A stretch of 64,000 nucleotides of DNA from Dipteris shenzhenensis (taxonomy: Eukaryota). The notes beneath the pieces are model-generated. The model was not told where the DNA came from. It saw nothing but the letters and a program-made list of their open reading frames with translations, and did not search any database. The stretch lies in NCBI GenBank assembly GCA_047967505.1, contig CM106538.1, one strand, 5' to 3'. Position 1 is the stretch's first letter. Every line of letters starts with the position of its first letter. This document shows positions 38,501-52,076 of the stretch, piece after piece. The translations under genes were made by a program, and so were the position numbers.

Positions 38501-39475
38501 TCAAATTGAGCTTGTTCCTTTTGTACCCATTGTTAAAGTGCCTAAAAACGATCCCTCTCCAATTCTACATTTGGGTATGGAGCTTCTTTTATTTGAGGCT
38601 CGGGAGCTGATGTGGATGAGCTTGGCTACTCATTGCTTGGTGGAGGTGGAGGCACTTGTGCTTTCTTTTTAAGAAGTCTCTTTGGTTGGTTGGAATGTTA
38701 AGGTCCTTGGTAGCCTCTTTCTGATGGCGTGTAATTACATTCACAAGTTGTGATATTATGCTTGCCGGCCCCAAACTTTGATGGTCCACCCCAATGATGC
38801 CGATTGGGATGTCACGCTTAACCTCTGTTTGTTGTGGGACCTTATTTTTCATGGGACAATCCATACAGGCATGTCCTATGCCACAATCTCTGCAAAGTGG
38901 TTGGAAAGTAGCGTGGCTACCATGATGAGGGCACTCTGCAATCCTATGATTTTCTCCACAACCGTAGCACTTGATTGGCGCTCGATATGTGTTGGGACGT
39001 ACTTGATTTGCATAGACTGGTATTAGTCCCTTTGCGCCTTCTACATAGTACATGGGGTACTTTGCTCCATACCCAAATGGCGAGTCTACTTCCTCGGCTT
39101 GCAATTGATGTATTGGAGCTACCTGAGGAGCTGGATTTGGTGCTCTTGGATATGGTCATCAGGGATGTTTTTATCGAAGCTATACTTATATATTAATATA
39201 AAATTTTGGCAAAAGTTTATTGAGCTAGTTTTTTTAGTTTCACAGCATTTGTAGAGCATATTACAGTTATATATTTTTTCTTTTGATTTTTTAAAAAAAC
39301 TTGTAAATACTGGTGAAACTTTAAATTTTTTCTCATAAAAGTTTCAAATCTTGGCAAAATTTTCAAACCTTTATTTTTATCAAGGCATACAAACTTTCGA
39401 CACCATTATAAAAGTTTCACTTCTTAATGAAATTAGTAGGAAAAAATAATCCATGATGGTACTAACTGTAACGGA
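35522..39475 (-). mobile_element. Middle part of the degenerate gypsy element (gag knuckle, protease, RT, start of RNase H)
   Basis: Motifs CYGCGENHRIAEC, AIVDGGASVNVL, LDGFSGYNQ, MPFGLCNAPATFQ, FLDD and VHTDGS. A 143-bp tandem duplication lies at 37694-37979. Confidence 0.92.
39160..39455. mobile_element. hAT-like MITE inserted in gypsy gag
   Basis: Termini CAGGGATGTTTTT / AAAAAATAATCCATG; near-TSD ATGGTCAT (39152-39159) and ATGGTACT (39456-39463). Removing it restores the gag frame. Confidence 0.7.
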
Positions 39476-40571
39476 ATGTTCACAAGGACTAAGATGCACC
39501 AGAGTATGTCCGTACAAGGACCCAAATGCGCGGGAAAACACGAGCTAACAAAGCTCAACTGCAACCAAAAGAAGCTGCATAGTGCACAAGCACATATCCC
39601 ACACAATGTCCACAAGACGTACTTCTGCAAAACGTCCCGCAAAGAGACCAAAATCAGCCAATGCTCAGCTCCAAGACCTCAAATGCAACACCGGCTATCT
39701 CCCAGGCATACAACTGCATCAAACATGCAATCCAGAGGCTCCCCAACAGCTCCCAGATGAGCTAGAGACAATGGCAAAGAACTATGCCAAGACTGGAACC
39801 TGCAAGTGCCAAGAATGGCTATGGCGCCAAAATAAGACCCAAATCTGCAGGGAGGAAACCTCAATGTGAGGTTATAGGTAGCACAATTGCAAATTTTTAG
39901 GAAGCCTGGTGTCGACGGAATCGCAATCGGAGGACTGTGCGAACTCCACCACAAGTTGCATATGCAGCTCTCCACCGCTCCTTCACGGTCTCTTACGCCA
40001 AAGAAGTTGCTCACCAACCGACTCCTGGCTCACAGAATAGCAGCAACAATTGCTCTTGACGCCTATCTACTAGTTGCCCATGATAACCAACGCCTCCACC
40101 AACAAGCACACAACGGCCAGCCACTTGCTACAAAGGATGCATCAACAGCCAACGATAGGCTCCCACGAGATAATGTCAAGACCAACGGACAGTCGTCTCC
40201 TTCCAACACTAGGTTGCTAGAGCACTGGAGCGCTCGAAGATAACCCAAAGTGATTCTTGCAGCTGCATTGTAGAGCAAACAGATTTGGATGATGTCTACC
40301 CAAAATCTCTCCGTGAATGAGAGAATCAAGCTCTCCAAAGCTCTCGGTAGATCTCTCGAAGCAATGCCCGTTCTCCTCTCACCGAGCTCCTCGTAGATCG
40401 AACGCCATGGGCTCTGATACCAGTTGTGAGAGAGGAGAGCACACACAAAGGGATAGGAGACACCAAAAGTGGTGGAGCAAAAGCTACTCCAGCTTATTCC
40501 TCTATCATATATATATATGAGTATACATGGGCACTGTACAAGTGGGTGGGCACACTGCCCTTTACCCCACA
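39471..40571 (-). mobile_element. 5' part of the copia family 2 element (5' LTR 40425-40571, PBS, leader)
   Basis: The LTR is identical to 30711-30858 except for one T at its start. PBS TGGTATCAGAGC at 40411-40422. Confidence 0.92.
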
Positions 40572-41422
40572 GAACACTGCAAAAAATTCTGTCATTGCAA
40601 AAAACACAGCTTTTGCCTCACACGGGTAGATCTGCAAAACTGACAAAAGTGGTATTTCACCACAGTCACTTCGTAGTGACGATTTTGCATCAACAGGCAA
40701 CAAGCATGAATCTGCAACTCCCAATGTCTCTGCGCACAGGCATACGATGCAATTTTTGCGGCAACTTTTCACCGACCTGCAGAACAGTGGTCACACAGCA
40801 AAAACAGGGCCTTTTTTTGAGTGCCTGCAGAGAACTTCCGCCTCCAAAACGGGCCCCGAAATGACCTCGAAGCAGCATATAATGCCCTCTTGCCACACCG
40901 CGAAGGACGTCTCAATCTAAGACAGTGCACTCTTGCACTTCCGGTTGTGCTACCTGCAGAGATTTGCTCCCAAACTCAAAAAAGGAAAGCAACACTGGTC
41001 CTCTTACCAGGACACTGTGAACTTGGTTTGCTTTCTTGAGCTCCTTACCATGAACAAGGCTATGATACCATGTGAAGATAGTGGGAGAGAGGGAAGGAGT
41101 CTCACTTGAGGCTTTCTCACAATCACAATGGGGGAATACACACAAAGGTGGAGGCTGAAAATAGTTTTCCTCTTCTTAGTTGTGAAAGCCAAAAGAACTC
41201 AAGTACAAAGAAATAGAAGAACCCTATATGTGGGTCTCAAACCAAACTCAACTAACTAAGGTGGCATACTAACTGAGCCACAAACTAGTGTAGATAAGGA
41301 TAGCTGTCATCCAGCTATTATTCGTGGGTGGTGTACCAACCGCATCTGTAGCTAACAAGTCGGTGACATAAATGCACAATGGTCACCCTGGCATATCGCG
41401 AGTGGAGCTCGATATCTCAACA
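40572..41422 (-). mobile_element. 5' part of copia family 1 copy C (5' LTR 41071-41422, PBS, leader)
   Basis: Homologous to 23772-24646. The flank AGATC is the reverse complement of GATCT at 35522-35526, so both halves share one TSD. Confidence 0.93.
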
Positions 41423-41585
41423 AGATCAACTATACCACCATAGAAAGAGAAGCCATAGCAATGGTGTATAGTGTTAAGAAATTTTGGCGCTATCTAATGG
41501 CAAATGATTTTGTCTTCTACACCGACCATCAAGCATTGCTTTATCTTGTGAACCGTCTTTGTACAACAGGAAGAATGTAAGATCA
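41423..41585 (+). mobile_element. Continuation of gypsy RNase H, truncated
   Basis: Translates INYTTIEREAIAMVYSVKKFWRYL...YTDHQALLYLV, continuing QLNDAE from the minus strand at 35522. Confidence 0.88.
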
Positions 41586-41948
41586 GTCGCCGTGTGGAGA
41601 AGTGCATGCATAGTGCCACTTTCATTCCTCTTGCAACTTTGAATATTGCTAACAATGTGTTTGACTAGTGCAGCATTTAATTTTTTATCTATCAAATCCT
41701 AGTTATTGCTTCAAAAGATGATAGACAATTAAATTAAAATGTTATTTCTTTTAATGTTTTCTCTTTTCAATTCATGGTAAATGTTTTTCAAAAAATTTGG
41801 GGATTTTAGGATTAATTTTAATTTTTAGGGTTTTGATATATATTAAGGGTTAAGAGCCCTTTTTACATCACATTCTCACTTTCACATTTAGAGAGCCATA
41901 GAAACTCCCATCCTTAAAAGTTACTCCCTCCATCAACTGCTATTTGCT

Positions 41949-44420
41949 ATGGATTCAGCTAGAACTACGTTCCATGACTTCATCTCACGAACTGCATTTG
42001 TAGATCGTGAGGAAGAGCTATTTTTAGTGTTTGATAGGACTGTAGATGTCCTAGCCACATATATGCGAGCCAAGGATGACTTCTCAAATCTCATCCTTTA
42101 CATGCAAGATAATTTCTCAAATTTTGCCTATACACTTGACCACTCTTCAAAGAGATGGGTTTTCATAGATTATATAAAGTATATCTGTTCATATAGGAAC
42201 CCAAGTTTGTAAAGTGCTTGGCCCACTTTTGTGACAACCTTACAGACGAAGGGTTTAGGACAATCGAAGTTCAAGACATCCTAGATGCGGGGATAACAGG
42301 AAATATAGGCACTAAATTCCTTTCACGGGAGATGACATTCATCTTCCTTCTCCAAGAAGGAAATTTAGAGGAAGAAGCCTCATCGTCTAGCACCCCCTCT
42401 AGTAGAACTGCTGATCTGGTCGCGTCCCTAAACTAGACTCGAACATCTACATGGAAGAGAGTCTTGACAATCCAACATAGGAGATGGAAGCAGCTCAAGC
42501 ATTGAGCCTACTTCAAGAGCCCCCAGTAGAGCAAGAATCTGCATCGAAGACCGCTGACCCAGACTCTAAATTATGGTCCTTGTCCCCCCTCATCATCGAT
42601 GGAGAAGAGTACGTATTCCTCCATGACATAGAGATTCTTTTTAGACTATGAGAGGATGAGGCACTCGGAGTCCTATTGGGGTTCAATGTTGACACAAGTG
42701 TAGGTATCGAAGACCAGACAATGGAAGACTTTCTCTTAACGATGCTGGTTTCAATGAGGGATGCAGACATGTCTATATACGATGCACAACCCTCTCATGC
42801 AGAAGCTTCCACCTCCAACACAAGTCAGGAGAAAGCGTCCACCTCCCAAATGGAACATCACACAACACCTGGTTCCATAAACATTGCAAATGAGGAAGGG
42901 ATAGAATCCGATGATGTTGTAGTGGTAAGTTTGAACAATATTTTTTATTTTGATGTTCTTTCAATATAATTTGTTTTCTCAGTCTTCCAATGTTTGTTGA
43001 ATTGTTGCAATATGCATTTGAGCTTGATGAATTACCATCTCAATGGGGTAATGTTCGTAGCGCATTTGGGCGAGATCGGGGACGAGCATTTTCTGAGCGA
43101 AATCTTCCGAGCGTCCGAGCGAAGGAAAAAAAAAGCTTCCAACTATGCATAAATATGGCAAAAATCGATCAGAAGAAAACATAGTTTCACTTAGAAATAT
43201 GCAAAGTATTATAGCAATGCCTATTTTATACAAAAATCTTTAGGTGAATCTGTAGGAATGGTGAGAGCATAATGGGATGGCTTTTGAAGAAACCCACATG
43301 TAGAGTAGACTTCTCTATGAAAATTCCCTTATGATCCTTCTTACAACTTTTACTTAAGAGGGGGTGACATTGAAAACCCTCTCTCAACCTATCTTCATGA
43401 AAGAGTTTCTTCAAAGAAAACTCATTGAAGCAAGCCATCCAAGGTAGTTTCGCTGGCGAAACTACCTTGGACAGCACTTTTAAAAGTGACATAACTTTCA
43501 TATCCAATGTCCAAATATAGTCATTCAACCACTCAAATTGATCGAAACACCCCATTTGAGCACATATATGAAGTTAGATTTGGGAAAATCTTCCATATAT
43601 AGTATTAAATATTACATGTATTTTATGAGAGTGATATATAAGCCCAAGTTAATACTTATTTATAGTAATTTAAACTTCTTTAGAAACATGTCCATAAATA
43701 TGCTATAAAAACACTAAAAAGATATTGCCATATGATATAAATGTGTTAATAAGTAATTATATATGCATAGTATTATTACATTGAGAGTGATTATGAGGAA
43801 TGTTTCTTAAAGGAATCAACACTTTTTTAAGGTAATAACAGGAGTACAAAGGGATGTCTCTAAATAAGAAAATTATGTTGTGTAAAAATGAATGAGTGAC
43901 TAGTCTGTATATTTTTATGATAAAGATATCTAGTTTTAGTGAAAATAAAAGTGTAAAAACCATGTTTCCTAAAGAAAAACATTTTTAAAAATCTCTTGAA
44001 AAACACGCTCGGATAAACCTGCTCACAGGTTTTTGCTCGTAAAATTGACGCATCCGGGCGAGATCATTCTTTGGCCCATTACCTTGGCAAAGTCGCAGAG
44101 CATATTGTGGTCTTTCACAGCAAATTGTCTCCTCAAGGTCCTTCAAAGCTGCTAAAGTGCAAGGCTTTGTCGCGCACTATCGGATACTCCAACATTACTC
44201 GAAATGCCAACAAAGTCATTTTGGTACACCGCATGGCTGCTATCAATGCCTTTCGATCGAACATTCATGACAGGCATTGAGGGCAATTGCTACGTCTTTG
44301 GCATAGCAGGAGAGGAGGATGTTAGTGCTGTTGCAGCTAGATTTATATCTAGGAATCCACTAGGGGTTTTAAAGACCCCTTATCTCGATGTACTTGAATA
44401 GCCAATAAGAAAGATAGCCT
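41949..44420 (+). pseudogene. Degenerate spliced gene of unknown family
   Basis: Collinear protein-like ORF pieces, a telo-box and TATATA at ~41824-41843, a donor GTAAGT at ~42924, and acceptors at ~42982 and ~44028. Many stops are present. Confidence 0.35.
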
Positions 44421-44643
44421 GTGAGGCCTTTTGTATATATAAACATATATTTAAATGGATATTTCAATGGATACATGACTACATGTCTTTATTATTTGTT
44501 TTATCACTACTCATCATGAATTCCATTGTATTTTTTTTAAGTCTTTGATGATATATTTTCTCCATCATTTTAATTGTGTTAATTTAATATATTTCTAGCC
44601 AATTTAGTATCATTTTTACCAATTTTGGGTATCGAAAGTTCAT

Positions 44644-44862
44644 TTCTGTCAAATCCTGAAGGAATTTCACCATCACGTAGAAGGGAAAAGTGTCTAGCAC
44701 GTTGCCAAGACCCCAAAAAGCCCAAAACCCACCATGACGTGAATTTTACCAAAATGCCCAAATTCGCGTCGTGGCGGGTTTTAGGCTTTCTAGGGTCTTG
44801 GCGACGTGCCGAACACTTTTTCCTTCTGTGCAACGATGAAATTTCTTTAGGATTTGACAGAA
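44644..44862. repeat. Long imperfect inverted repeat (~103-bp arms, ~13-nt loop)
   Basis: TTCTGTCAAATCCT...GACGTGAATTT pairs with AAATTCGCGTC...AGGATTTGACAGAA; mismatches are mostly transitions. Confidence 0.9.
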
Positions 44863-45071
44863 TTCAAAACTTACATTAAAATGATCAGTTAATGCAGTCA
44901 TAGAAATGGAAAATACACAACAATGCGATAGTGTAGAGAATGTTGATATATTTTATTAAAAAAGATCGGCCCTTGGGCCTTAGATACAAGATAGTGCCTT
45001 CAAGGGCAGGGGTTGGTCTAAGTCCTAAGAGTGGGCTGCAAGAGAATCTAGGGCTTCAAACTTGGGTCACT

Positions 45072-45224
45072 TTATAGCCACTTCACCAAAACCATGTCCT
45101 TGTCCATGACCATGATGCGCTTTGCATGGATGGCACACAAGTTGGCGTCCTTGAATAGAGCGGTGGTCACTTACTCCACCGCCTCTTGGAGCGCCCCCAT
45201 AGCTCCTGTGCTGAATTGCATGTC
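45072..45224 (-). pseudogene. Histone H3-like pseudogene, C-terminal half of the histone fold
   Basis: Translates [48 protein letters not shown], versus H3 [47 protein letters not shown]. A minus-strand AATAAA lies at ~44952-44957. Confidence 0.9.
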
Positions 45225-48200
45225 TGACAAAATATGAAGAGGGGAGAGGAGAAGAGTGGAGATGAGGAGAGAGGGCACAGCTAGAGAGCACACCACAAAT
45301 GACTAACTATACACTAGATTTAGTTTAAAAAATAGAATATATACAAACCCATTTAGGGTTAGGGTTAGGGGATCTAACCTTTTCCTTCATAGCACTCTAT
45401 AAGGTTAGTGCTATGCACATATGATCACGTGATGGTGCTATGCACACATGATCACATGATGTTGAGCGTGAACTCTCAACACCTTCCCTCAAGATCAACA
45501 TCATGAAGTAGGCCTTCCCTCAAGATGATGATTCTGGGGAATCGAAGAAGGACTGAGCATTACATTCCATCACACCCCTTTAATGGGAATGTCCTTCCTC
45601 TATGTCAAACCAAGAGCTAGTCGGTGTTTCTCGAATAGCTCTTTATCGAGTGGTTTGGTAAAGATGTCTGCAACATTTTCTTTGCTATCACAATGCTGTA
45701 GTGTGATGTCACCAAGTAACACTCTTTCTTTGATGAAGTGCTCTCTGACATCAATGTGCTTTGTCCTGGAGTGATATACTAGATTTTTGGCCAATTCTTG
45801 AGCCGATTGATTATCACAGTATATTGTTGTCGGCCGATTGATTATCACAATAGTCTTCTCAGCCATATAGCCTCACATGCACCTATAGTGAGTGCTCTAT
45901 ATTCTGCTTCAATCGAAGACAAAAAATAGTTGGTTGTTTGTTTGACAACCATGATACAGCACCTTGACCAAGGAAAAATGCATATCCCTGTGTCGATCTC
46001 CTGGTCTCATGATCTGCGGCATAGTCACTGTCACAGTATCCATGCAACCATGGATGACCTTCTTTGTATTCTATCCCAAACTGCCTTGTACCTCTGATGT
46101 ATCTCAAGACTCTTTTGGCTACATTCTAGTGAGACTGTTTTGGATTTTCCATAAACTATGCTAGTGAGCTAAATCGGCAAAATACTTGTCGATTCTGCTG
46201 TACCAACTTCTGGGTGCTTGTTTTAAGCCGTAGAGACTTTTCTTGAGATGGCAAACCTTATTCTCCTTTCCTGGTTCAACATAACCTACTGGTTGTTTCA
46301 TGTAGACTTCCTTGTCTAGATAACCATTGAGAAATGCATTCTTGACATCAAGCTGATACACATTCCATTTGCTGAGTGTCGCTAGTGATATCAAGAACTA
46401 TATGGAATCCATCTTTGCTACTGGAGCATAAGTCTCATCATAGTCTTGATCATATTCTTGTGCAAATCCTTTTGCAACTAGTGTGGCTTTGTATCTCTGA
46501 ATATTGCCATCTGGATTGTACTTCACTTTGTATACCCATTTGTTTGCTATGGCCTTCTTTCCTGGTGGAAGGTCGCATAATTCCCAAGTATTATTTTTAT
46601 ACAAAGCATCCATTTCATCATTCATAGCAGTTTGCCATTCTGGCTTGTCCACTGCAGCTTCGAAGTACACTGGCTCTGTAGCCATGATGGTAGTCATAAG
46701 AGCATAGTTGGTGGTTTCCACCTGAATTGCTTTGCTTTTTTGAGCATATGTCAATCTGCTGGAGGTCTGCTTTCCCTAGTAGACCGTCTGAGCTGCTGTG
46801 GCTCTACTTGGGGTGTTGATGGCAATTCTTGCTCTTCTTCATCAACCTGTTCTGTAGATGACTGTGAAGTCGATGCTTCTATCTCCTGTGTAGGTGAGGT
46901 TTTCCATTCTGATTCCTCATCAAAGATTACATCTCTGGAGATAATGACTTTGCAGTTGATGGGATCATACAATTTGTATGCTTTGCTTTCTTCACTATAG
47001 CCAACCATGATGCCTTTGCTTGACTTTGCATCCAATTTCCTGCGATGATCATCATATATGTGGGCATATGCTATGCAACCAAATATGCGGAGATGCCCAA
47101 TGTGTGGCTTGTGTCCAGTGAATGCTTCATAAGGAGTCATACCCTGTATCGGTTCGATAGGAAGACGATTAAGCAAGTAGTTTGTTGTAGCTATTGCTTC
47201 TGCCCAATACTGATTCAAAAGATGCTTTTCACTAAGCATTGCTCTAGCACTGTCTGCTAAAGTCCCATTCTTCCTTTTAGCTCTTGCATACTGCTGAGGA
47301 GTATCTGCACATGGGAATTGTCTTCGAATGCCATGATTTCTGCAAAAGTTCATGAATGCTGAAGACATGTATTCACCTCCTTTATCTAATCTAATGACCT
47401 TGATCTTTTTGCCTGTCTGGTTTTCTACCATGGCTTTGAATTCTTGAAATCTGGAAAACACTTCAGATTTCTCTTTTAGAAAGTAGACCCAACAATATCT
47501 GCTGTAGTCGTCGATGAAAGTCAAGTAGTAAAGTGAACCATTGATGTTGCAGGTCTGGGCATAACCCCATACATCTATATGTATCAAATCAACAATACCT
47601 GATGCACGAGAGGTACTTCTGATAAAGTTGGTTCACTTTTGTTTGCCGAAGCAGCATGCTTTGCAAACTTTTCCAAGAAACTGTAGCTTCGGAATCCCAA
47701 TTGCCATATTTTGATTCTTGAGATCTAACAAGTACTTGAAGTTGACATGACCATATCTCTTGTGCCATTTTGCAGATATTGGCATTTGTTGTGGTTGAGC
47801 TAACATGGCATGCTTATCTAGTACTGTAGCTAGCATTCTGTATAAGCATCCTTCCTTGACACCTTTTGCTACTAGTTGACATCTTTTGGATTTATCTCTG
47901 ATAGTGCATTCATCACTATCAAAGATGACTTTGTAATTGTGTTCTGTCATTGGACCTACTGACAAAAGGTTCTTGCTGAGCTTCGAAACATAGAGCACAT
48001 CTTTCACTAATCCTTTTGTACTAGTGAAATTGTTCATAGGGATAACACCTGTCCCTTGAACTGGATTCGGTGTATTATTGTCTACTGTGTAGATGATATT
48101 TTTCTATCCTTCTAACGGCTTCATTTCTGTGAACCTTTCCTAATGATTTGTCATGTGAGATGATGCACCGTTGTCGATGTACCAAGGATCCTGTTCCACT

Positions 48201-51200
48201 TGGTTGACTTGATAGCTGTTATCCTCTTTGGGATTGAAATTAGTGTCTAGGTACACTGTATAAGTCTGATGCAATTCCTCGCTTGCAAGAAACATATTTC
48301 CATGTTCATTTGCAAAATGACTGTGACTAGAATGTCCACCACGATGATTTCCTCTGCCTCGAGAATTCCCTCGATTATTGCTAGACTGATTGCCTTAGTC
48401 GTACTGCTTCTCGGCGGTAATCTCTTTCATAGTGTCCAAACTTGTGACAGTAGTTGCACTAAATGTTTGAGACATTGGTGGATCCATTCCCTCTTCCTTG
48501 GAATCTTCCTTGGTTGGAATGATTTCCTCTTTGCTGATTGCTGAGGATGATGCTGATACTGATGTTGATGCTGACTTTGATTTTGTTGCTGATGATGACC
48601 ACTTTTCTGATATGATCTACCTCTACCTTTACCTCTGCCTCTGCTTCTGTCTGAAGGTGTGAATGCCTGATCATTAGAATGACCTTTACGTGCTTGAATA
48701 GCTTGAGTTCTGAGTTCTTCACCAAGTAGAACTGATTGAAGTTCTTCCAGTGTCAGAATTTGTCGTTGGATGGCAATACTCTAGACTAGATTCTCGTATC
48801 CCTCTCCTAGTCCATTCAAAATGACTTGAACCATTTCTGCAAGGTTCATAGTCTCTCCTTCTACTACAAGTTGATTGTTATAGTCTTTTATGCAGAGTAC
48901 ATTTAAGCATGACCAGTTTCACTGCTGTTGCGGAAACTCTGGTTGATCTAGCTTCTCAGTGTGAGAATCCTAAATGTGTTCTTGGACTCGTAGAGAGCTG
49001 CAAACATATCCCATGCTTCTTTCGATGTCTTGACTATGTTGTGCTGTCCTAGCATGACATCTTGCACATTCTGCTTGATCAGGTGATAGGCGTACTTGTC
49101 TTTCTTATCCCATTCTGCCTGAGCTTGGGCAATGGCAGGATCTGCTACTGGTGCGAAAATTGTTTGTGTAGATGTAGATCCCATTGCTAGTGTTGTGACA
49201 ACAGATGGAGTAGAGCTACTAGTGGCTAGATTGTCCAATGGTCTAGGTGTAGACCCATCGACATACTCCCATTTGTCCTAAAGTACATGAATGGTCTCCA
49301 TTCAGTATTTCCATGTACCATAATTGGAGTTGTCTAACTTAGCATATGCCTCTAGATTGAGGTTGCTAGTTGTAGACATGGTGCAAGAAATGTACTCAAA
49401 AGTGTCGTGAAAATCTCTGTATGAATCAACTGCAAATAAACTGACTATGCCAAGTGAAATCTCCGAACCATCGGTGAACATAAAACTGCAATATATAAAA
49501 TATGATATGTATTACAAGGCTTGTGGCAATGATGCCGGGAATAGCCAAGAGGCTTTACAAGACTGAAATGATGTGCACGATGCCGTGAGATAGCCGAATA
49601 GGCTTCACAATAGTGGCATGTGTGTGTGAAATAAAGTGCTATCTGCCCACTAAAATAACCTGCAATGCCTCTGTACTCTCTAAAGTTTGCTCAATGAACT
49701 GATGAACATAAGGTTTCAGGTAATGTAATGATGTGAAACCGTATGTGAGTGTATGGATTGACTGTACTAATCGAGAATTTTGGGCATGGCTTAGATTGGC
49801 AACTTGGCAAAATTCAAAGCGTCCCCTCTATGGCGATCTAGTCTACTTTGATCTAGATCTATACCAACCATCGATCGATGAAAGAACATCAAATAATTCC
49901 TTTTCTTTTGTTCTTTTTAAGTGTTGGGTCAGATGCATCGATGTAGAGGCAAATGTGCATGAAGGAAGTGGTTTTGTCAGCGAGGCTCAAATGTGAGTGT
50001 AACTTGCACCAAAATGTGCGCGTGATGTAATGAGCATGTAGAGCACAAAAAAATGAGTGATTTTCCTTTTTAAAGCACCCTCAAATTCTTCCTAGATCAA
50101 GAGATATGACTTGATCTAGGTGGAGGGGCAAAAGGAGTGCAAATGGTGCTCAATGATGATGTGTCACTATGGGTCACATGCAGTGTGATGTGGCACTATG
50201 CCTAGCAAGAGGTGTGCCTGTAAAGCCCTGTGCTGAGGTGGTAGAAGTGGTCACATGCAGTGACTGTGAAGCACTGTGTGTGCCTGCAGAGGTCAGTGCT
50301 GATTGGATAGTTGAGGTGGCACTACTGAGGTGGCACAGATGATGATGTCAGTAGATGATGTGGCAATGATGGCATGGCAGATGGCATGTTAGAGGTGATG
50401 TGGCAAATGATGTGTTTGTGTTGACATGGAATACTGACGTGGCAGTGATGACATGGACTGATGATGTGGATGTCGGTGATGATGTGGTAATCGATCATGA
50501 TGTGGCAGTTGGTGATGACGTGGTTGCCACCATGGCAAATGACATGGCTGATAAGTTTAACGTGGCATTGGTGGATGACGTGACACTGATAAGATGAGTT
50601 GATGACATGGTAGATGAAGGAGGCTATTGACGTGGCAAGATAAGATGCCACGTGGATCAACCTTGACCAAACATAGCTGTGGTGACCCAATTAAAGTTTA
50701 CCTGATCCGGGGTAATCTGACCACGGTTATGCTAACTAACCCTATCAATCCTTGAGGATAAGGTGGACATGTGGTGATTCTTGAGCTACCAGAATCTGAA
50801 GAGATTTCGTTCGAGATCTAGGGAATCCGTTGCCCTCGAGCTTTCGTTGACGGAAGCAGAGGTGTTGCTTTGCTGAGGCTTGGATGGCACCGACACGGAC
50901 GCTGTCTTTGGAGCGGCATGCTTTGAGAAGCAACTCGGTGGATGCTTTGTCTACTTGTTGGAGAGGTAAGCCATGGGCTGCTTGTCAACCAAGTGTTCGA
51001 GAAGCGCTGGCATGCAGAGGAGCACAGGCTTATAGAAAGCTTGTATGCGCTGGAGAGGTTGGGCGGCTGTTTGTCGTAAAGGAAGGCCAAGCTTTTGTTG
51101 GAGCAGGTCATGACGTGTAGACTATGGCAGCCGTGGAGAGCCCTTCTTGTCACTGTGTGTGAAGGAGGCACTAGAGCTACGCTTGCATTGGAGAAGCTGC

Positions 51201-52076
51201 AGTTGTTTGAGCTTGGTTGTGTCACTGCAATTCGTATAGGTGGCTGTTGAGAGGCTCTATGGAGCCTTGTGCATAGAATGACTCGTTGGAGCCTGTGCAA
51301 GAGTCATTATGTGTGCGATGTGGCTAGAGGAGCGTGATTGTTGTAGGTCGCACGTAGAGGCTACTGTAGGTCAAGTCATTAGATAGAAGGATTGAAAGGC
51401 ATGTTAAGCCGCTCCTCCCAAAGACAGACGAGCAACAAACGGAGAAAAAGAATGGACACTTGAGAACCAAGAAATCCAATCCCCCTCAACAAGATCTCTT
51501 AAAAATCTCTCAAGAGAATGAAGAACTCTTTCTTGTAAGAAGAACTCTCAAAGGCTCTTGGAAACTCTCTCAAAAGAATGAAAATGTATCTCAAAGAACT
51601 TTGAAGAATGAAATGAATGGAATAAGAACTCTCACTACTCTCATACAAAGAAAATCTCTCAAGAATGAGCAAAGGAGATTAATGGGAATCTCTCATGAAT
51701 GCAAATGGATGGAAATTTCTATCATCAACAAAATGAAAGAATGAATGCTCAATCTCTCTCAATCTCTCACGCTCTCAAGGATCTCGATGTCTCAGTAGAA
51801 GACAAGGGAGCTCTGATACCATGACAAAATATGAAGAGGGGAGAGGAGAAGAGTGGAGATGAGGAGAGAGGGCACAGCTAGAGAGCACACCACAAATGAC
51901 TAACTGTACACTAGATTTAGTTTAAAAAATAGAATATATACAAACCCATTTCGGGTTAGGGTTAGGGGATCTAACCCTTTCCTTCATAGCACTCTATAAA
52001 GTTAGTGCTATGCACATATGATCACGTGATGGTGCTATGCACACATGATCACATGATGTTGAGCGAACTCTCAACA
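45225..52076 (-). mobile_element. Full-length degenerate Ty1/copia element, family 3 (copy D), inserted in the H3-like gene
   Basis: LTRs at 45225-45481 and 51822-52076, TSD ATGTC/ATGTT, PBS 51810-51821, PPT next to 45482. The gag ATG is at ~49379, followed by IN, RT (internal deletion near 46160) and RNase H fragments. Confidence 0.95.

Noticed and set aside
50322-51744. Leader ORFs of copia D as an env-like extra gene
   Set aside because: They are short, compositionally biased, and lack a clear transmembrane segment or family motif.
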